From Dudresnaya verticillata (Eukaryota), in the NCBI GenBank assembly GCA_977862235.1, contig OZ374557.1, forward strand, positions 4,145,750 to 4,165,749: a stretch of DNA of 20,000 bases, given 5' to 3'. The position numbers and the translations under genes are program-made. Within the stretch, counting starts at the first letter, position 1, and every line of letters starts with the position of its first letter. Shown piece after piece: positions 18,387 to 20,000 of the stretch. The notes under the pieces were generated by a model. It searched no databases. It saw nothing but the letters and a program-made list of their open reading frames with translations, and was not told where the DNA came from.

Positions 18387-20000
18387 GGGTTTAGGGGTTT
18401 AGGGGTTTAGGGGTTTAGGGGTTTTTAGGGGTTTAGGGGTTTAGGGGTTTTAGGGGTTTTAGGGGTTTAGGGGTTTAGGGGTTTAGGGGTTTAGGGGTTT
18501 TAGGGGTTTAGGGGTTTAGGGGTTTAGGGGTTTAGGGGTTTAGGGGTTTAGGGGTTTTAGGGGTTTAGGGGTTTAGGGGTTTAGGGGTTTAGGGGTTTAG
18601 GGGTTTTAGGGGTTTAGGGGTTTAGGGGTTTAGGGGTTTTAGGGGTTTAGGGGTTTTAGGGGTTTAGGGGTTTAGGGTTTTAGGGGTTTTAGGGGTTTAG
18701 GGGTTTAGGGGTTTAGGGGTTTAGGGGTTTAGGGGTTTAGGGGTTTTAGGGGTTTAGGGGTTTAGGGGTTTTAGGGGTTTAGGGGTTTAGGGGTTTTAGG
18801 GGTTTAGGGGTTTTAGGGGTTTAGGGGTTTAGGGGTTTAGGGGTTTAGGGGTTTAGGGGTTTAGGGGTTTTAGGGGTTTTAGGGGTTTAGGGGTTTAGGG
18901 GTTTAGGGGTTTTAGGGGTTTAGGGGTTTAGGGGTTTAGGGGTTTAGGGGTTTAGGGGTTTAGGGGTTTAGGGGTTTAGTTTAGGGGTTTAGGGGTTTAG
19001 GGGTTTAGGGGTTTAGGGGTTTAGGGGTTTAGGGGTTTAGGGGTTTTAGGGGTTTAGGGGTTTAGGGGTTTAGGGGTTTAGGGGTTTAGGGGTTTAGGGG
19101 TTTTAGGGGTTTAGGGGTTTAGGGGTTTAGGGGTTTAGGGGTTTAGGGGTTTAGGGGTTTAGGGGTTTAGGGGTTTAGGGGTTTAGGGGTTTAGGGGTTT
19201 AGGGGTTTAGGGGTTTAGGGGTTTAGGGGTTTAGGGGTTTAGGGGTTTAGGGGTTTAGGGGTTTAGGGGTTTAGGGGTTTAGGGGTTTAGGGGTTTAGGG
19301 GTTTAGGGGTTTAGGGGTTTAGGGGTTTAGGGGTTTAGGGGTTTAGGGGTTTAGGGGTTTAGGGGTTTAGGGGTTTAGGGGTTTAGGGGTTTAGGGGTTT
19401 AGGGGTTTAGGGGTTTAGGGGTTTAGGGGTTTAGGGGTTTAGGGGTTTAGGGGTTTTAGGGGTTTAGGGGTTTAGGGGTTTAGGGGTTTAGGGGTTTAGG
19501 GGTTTAGGGGTTTAGGGGTTTAGGGGTTTAGGGGTTTAGGGGTTTAGGGGTTTAGGGGTTTAGGGGTTTAGGGGTTTAGGGGTTTAGGGGTTTAAGGGGT
19601 TTAGGGGTTTAGGGGTTAGGGGTTTAGGGGTTTAGGGGTTTAGGGGTTTAGGGGTTTAGGGGTTTAGGGGTTTAGGGGTTTAGGGGTTTAGGGGTTTAGG
19701 GGTTTAGGGGTTTAGGGGTTTAGGGGTTTAGGGGTTTAGGGGTTTAGGGGTTTTAGGGGTTTTAGGGGTTTAGGGGTTTAGGGGTTTGGTTTAGGGGTTT
19801 AGGGTTTAGGGGTTTTAGGGGTTTAGGGGTTTAGGGGTTTAGGGTTGTTTAGGGGTTAGGGTTTTTGGGGTTTTAGGGGTTTAGGGGTTTAGGGGTTTAG
19901 GGTGTTTAGGGGTTTAGGGGTTTTAGGGGTTTAGGGGTTTAGGGGTTTAGGGTGTTAGGGGTTTAGGGGTTTAGGGGTTTAGGGGTTTTAGGGGTTTAGG
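18362..20000 (+). repeat. Telomeric array (TTTAGGGG)n with TTTTAGGGG variants; G-rich strand runs toward the window end
   Basis: About 1.64 kb of tandem 8-mers continuing to the last base, in the orientation expected for a right chromosome end. Confidence 0.97.

Noticed and set aside
19590..20000. Novel telomere variants at the extreme end (TTAGGGG, TTTGG, GGGTGTTTA)
   Set aside because: Irregular and non-recurring in pattern; most likely low-coverage consensus error at the contig tip.

Overview
Eukaryotic chromosome end. The last 1.64 kb (18362-20000) is a telomere of an unusual 8-mer, TTTAGGGG, with TTTTAGGGG variants. It is fused directly onto a ~951-aa ORF (15531-18386) whose stop codon comes from the telomere itself. 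That ORF has N-terminal DUF3505/OrsD-type zinc fingers and a C-terminal tyrosine-recombinase-like R-K-R-H-Y set. This matches the front part of fungal telomere-linked RecQ helicase (TLH) proteins, cut off before any helicase domain. Further in lies a large two-part ORF (5789-9334 and 9389-10516, same frame) with a ParB/Srx-like motif. It is bracketed on both sides by arrays of one 34-bp palindromic repeat family. Between the two genes are a small basic ORF, a ~130-bp nested hairpin and a duplicated 21-bp minisatellite module. The first ~5 kb has no gene I can identify. The organism cannot be determined from the window. The main hypothesis (inference) is a subtelomeric mobile or maintenance element combining a recombinase, a ParB-like protein and palindromic sites. 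All family assignments come from motif recognition by eye, not database searches.
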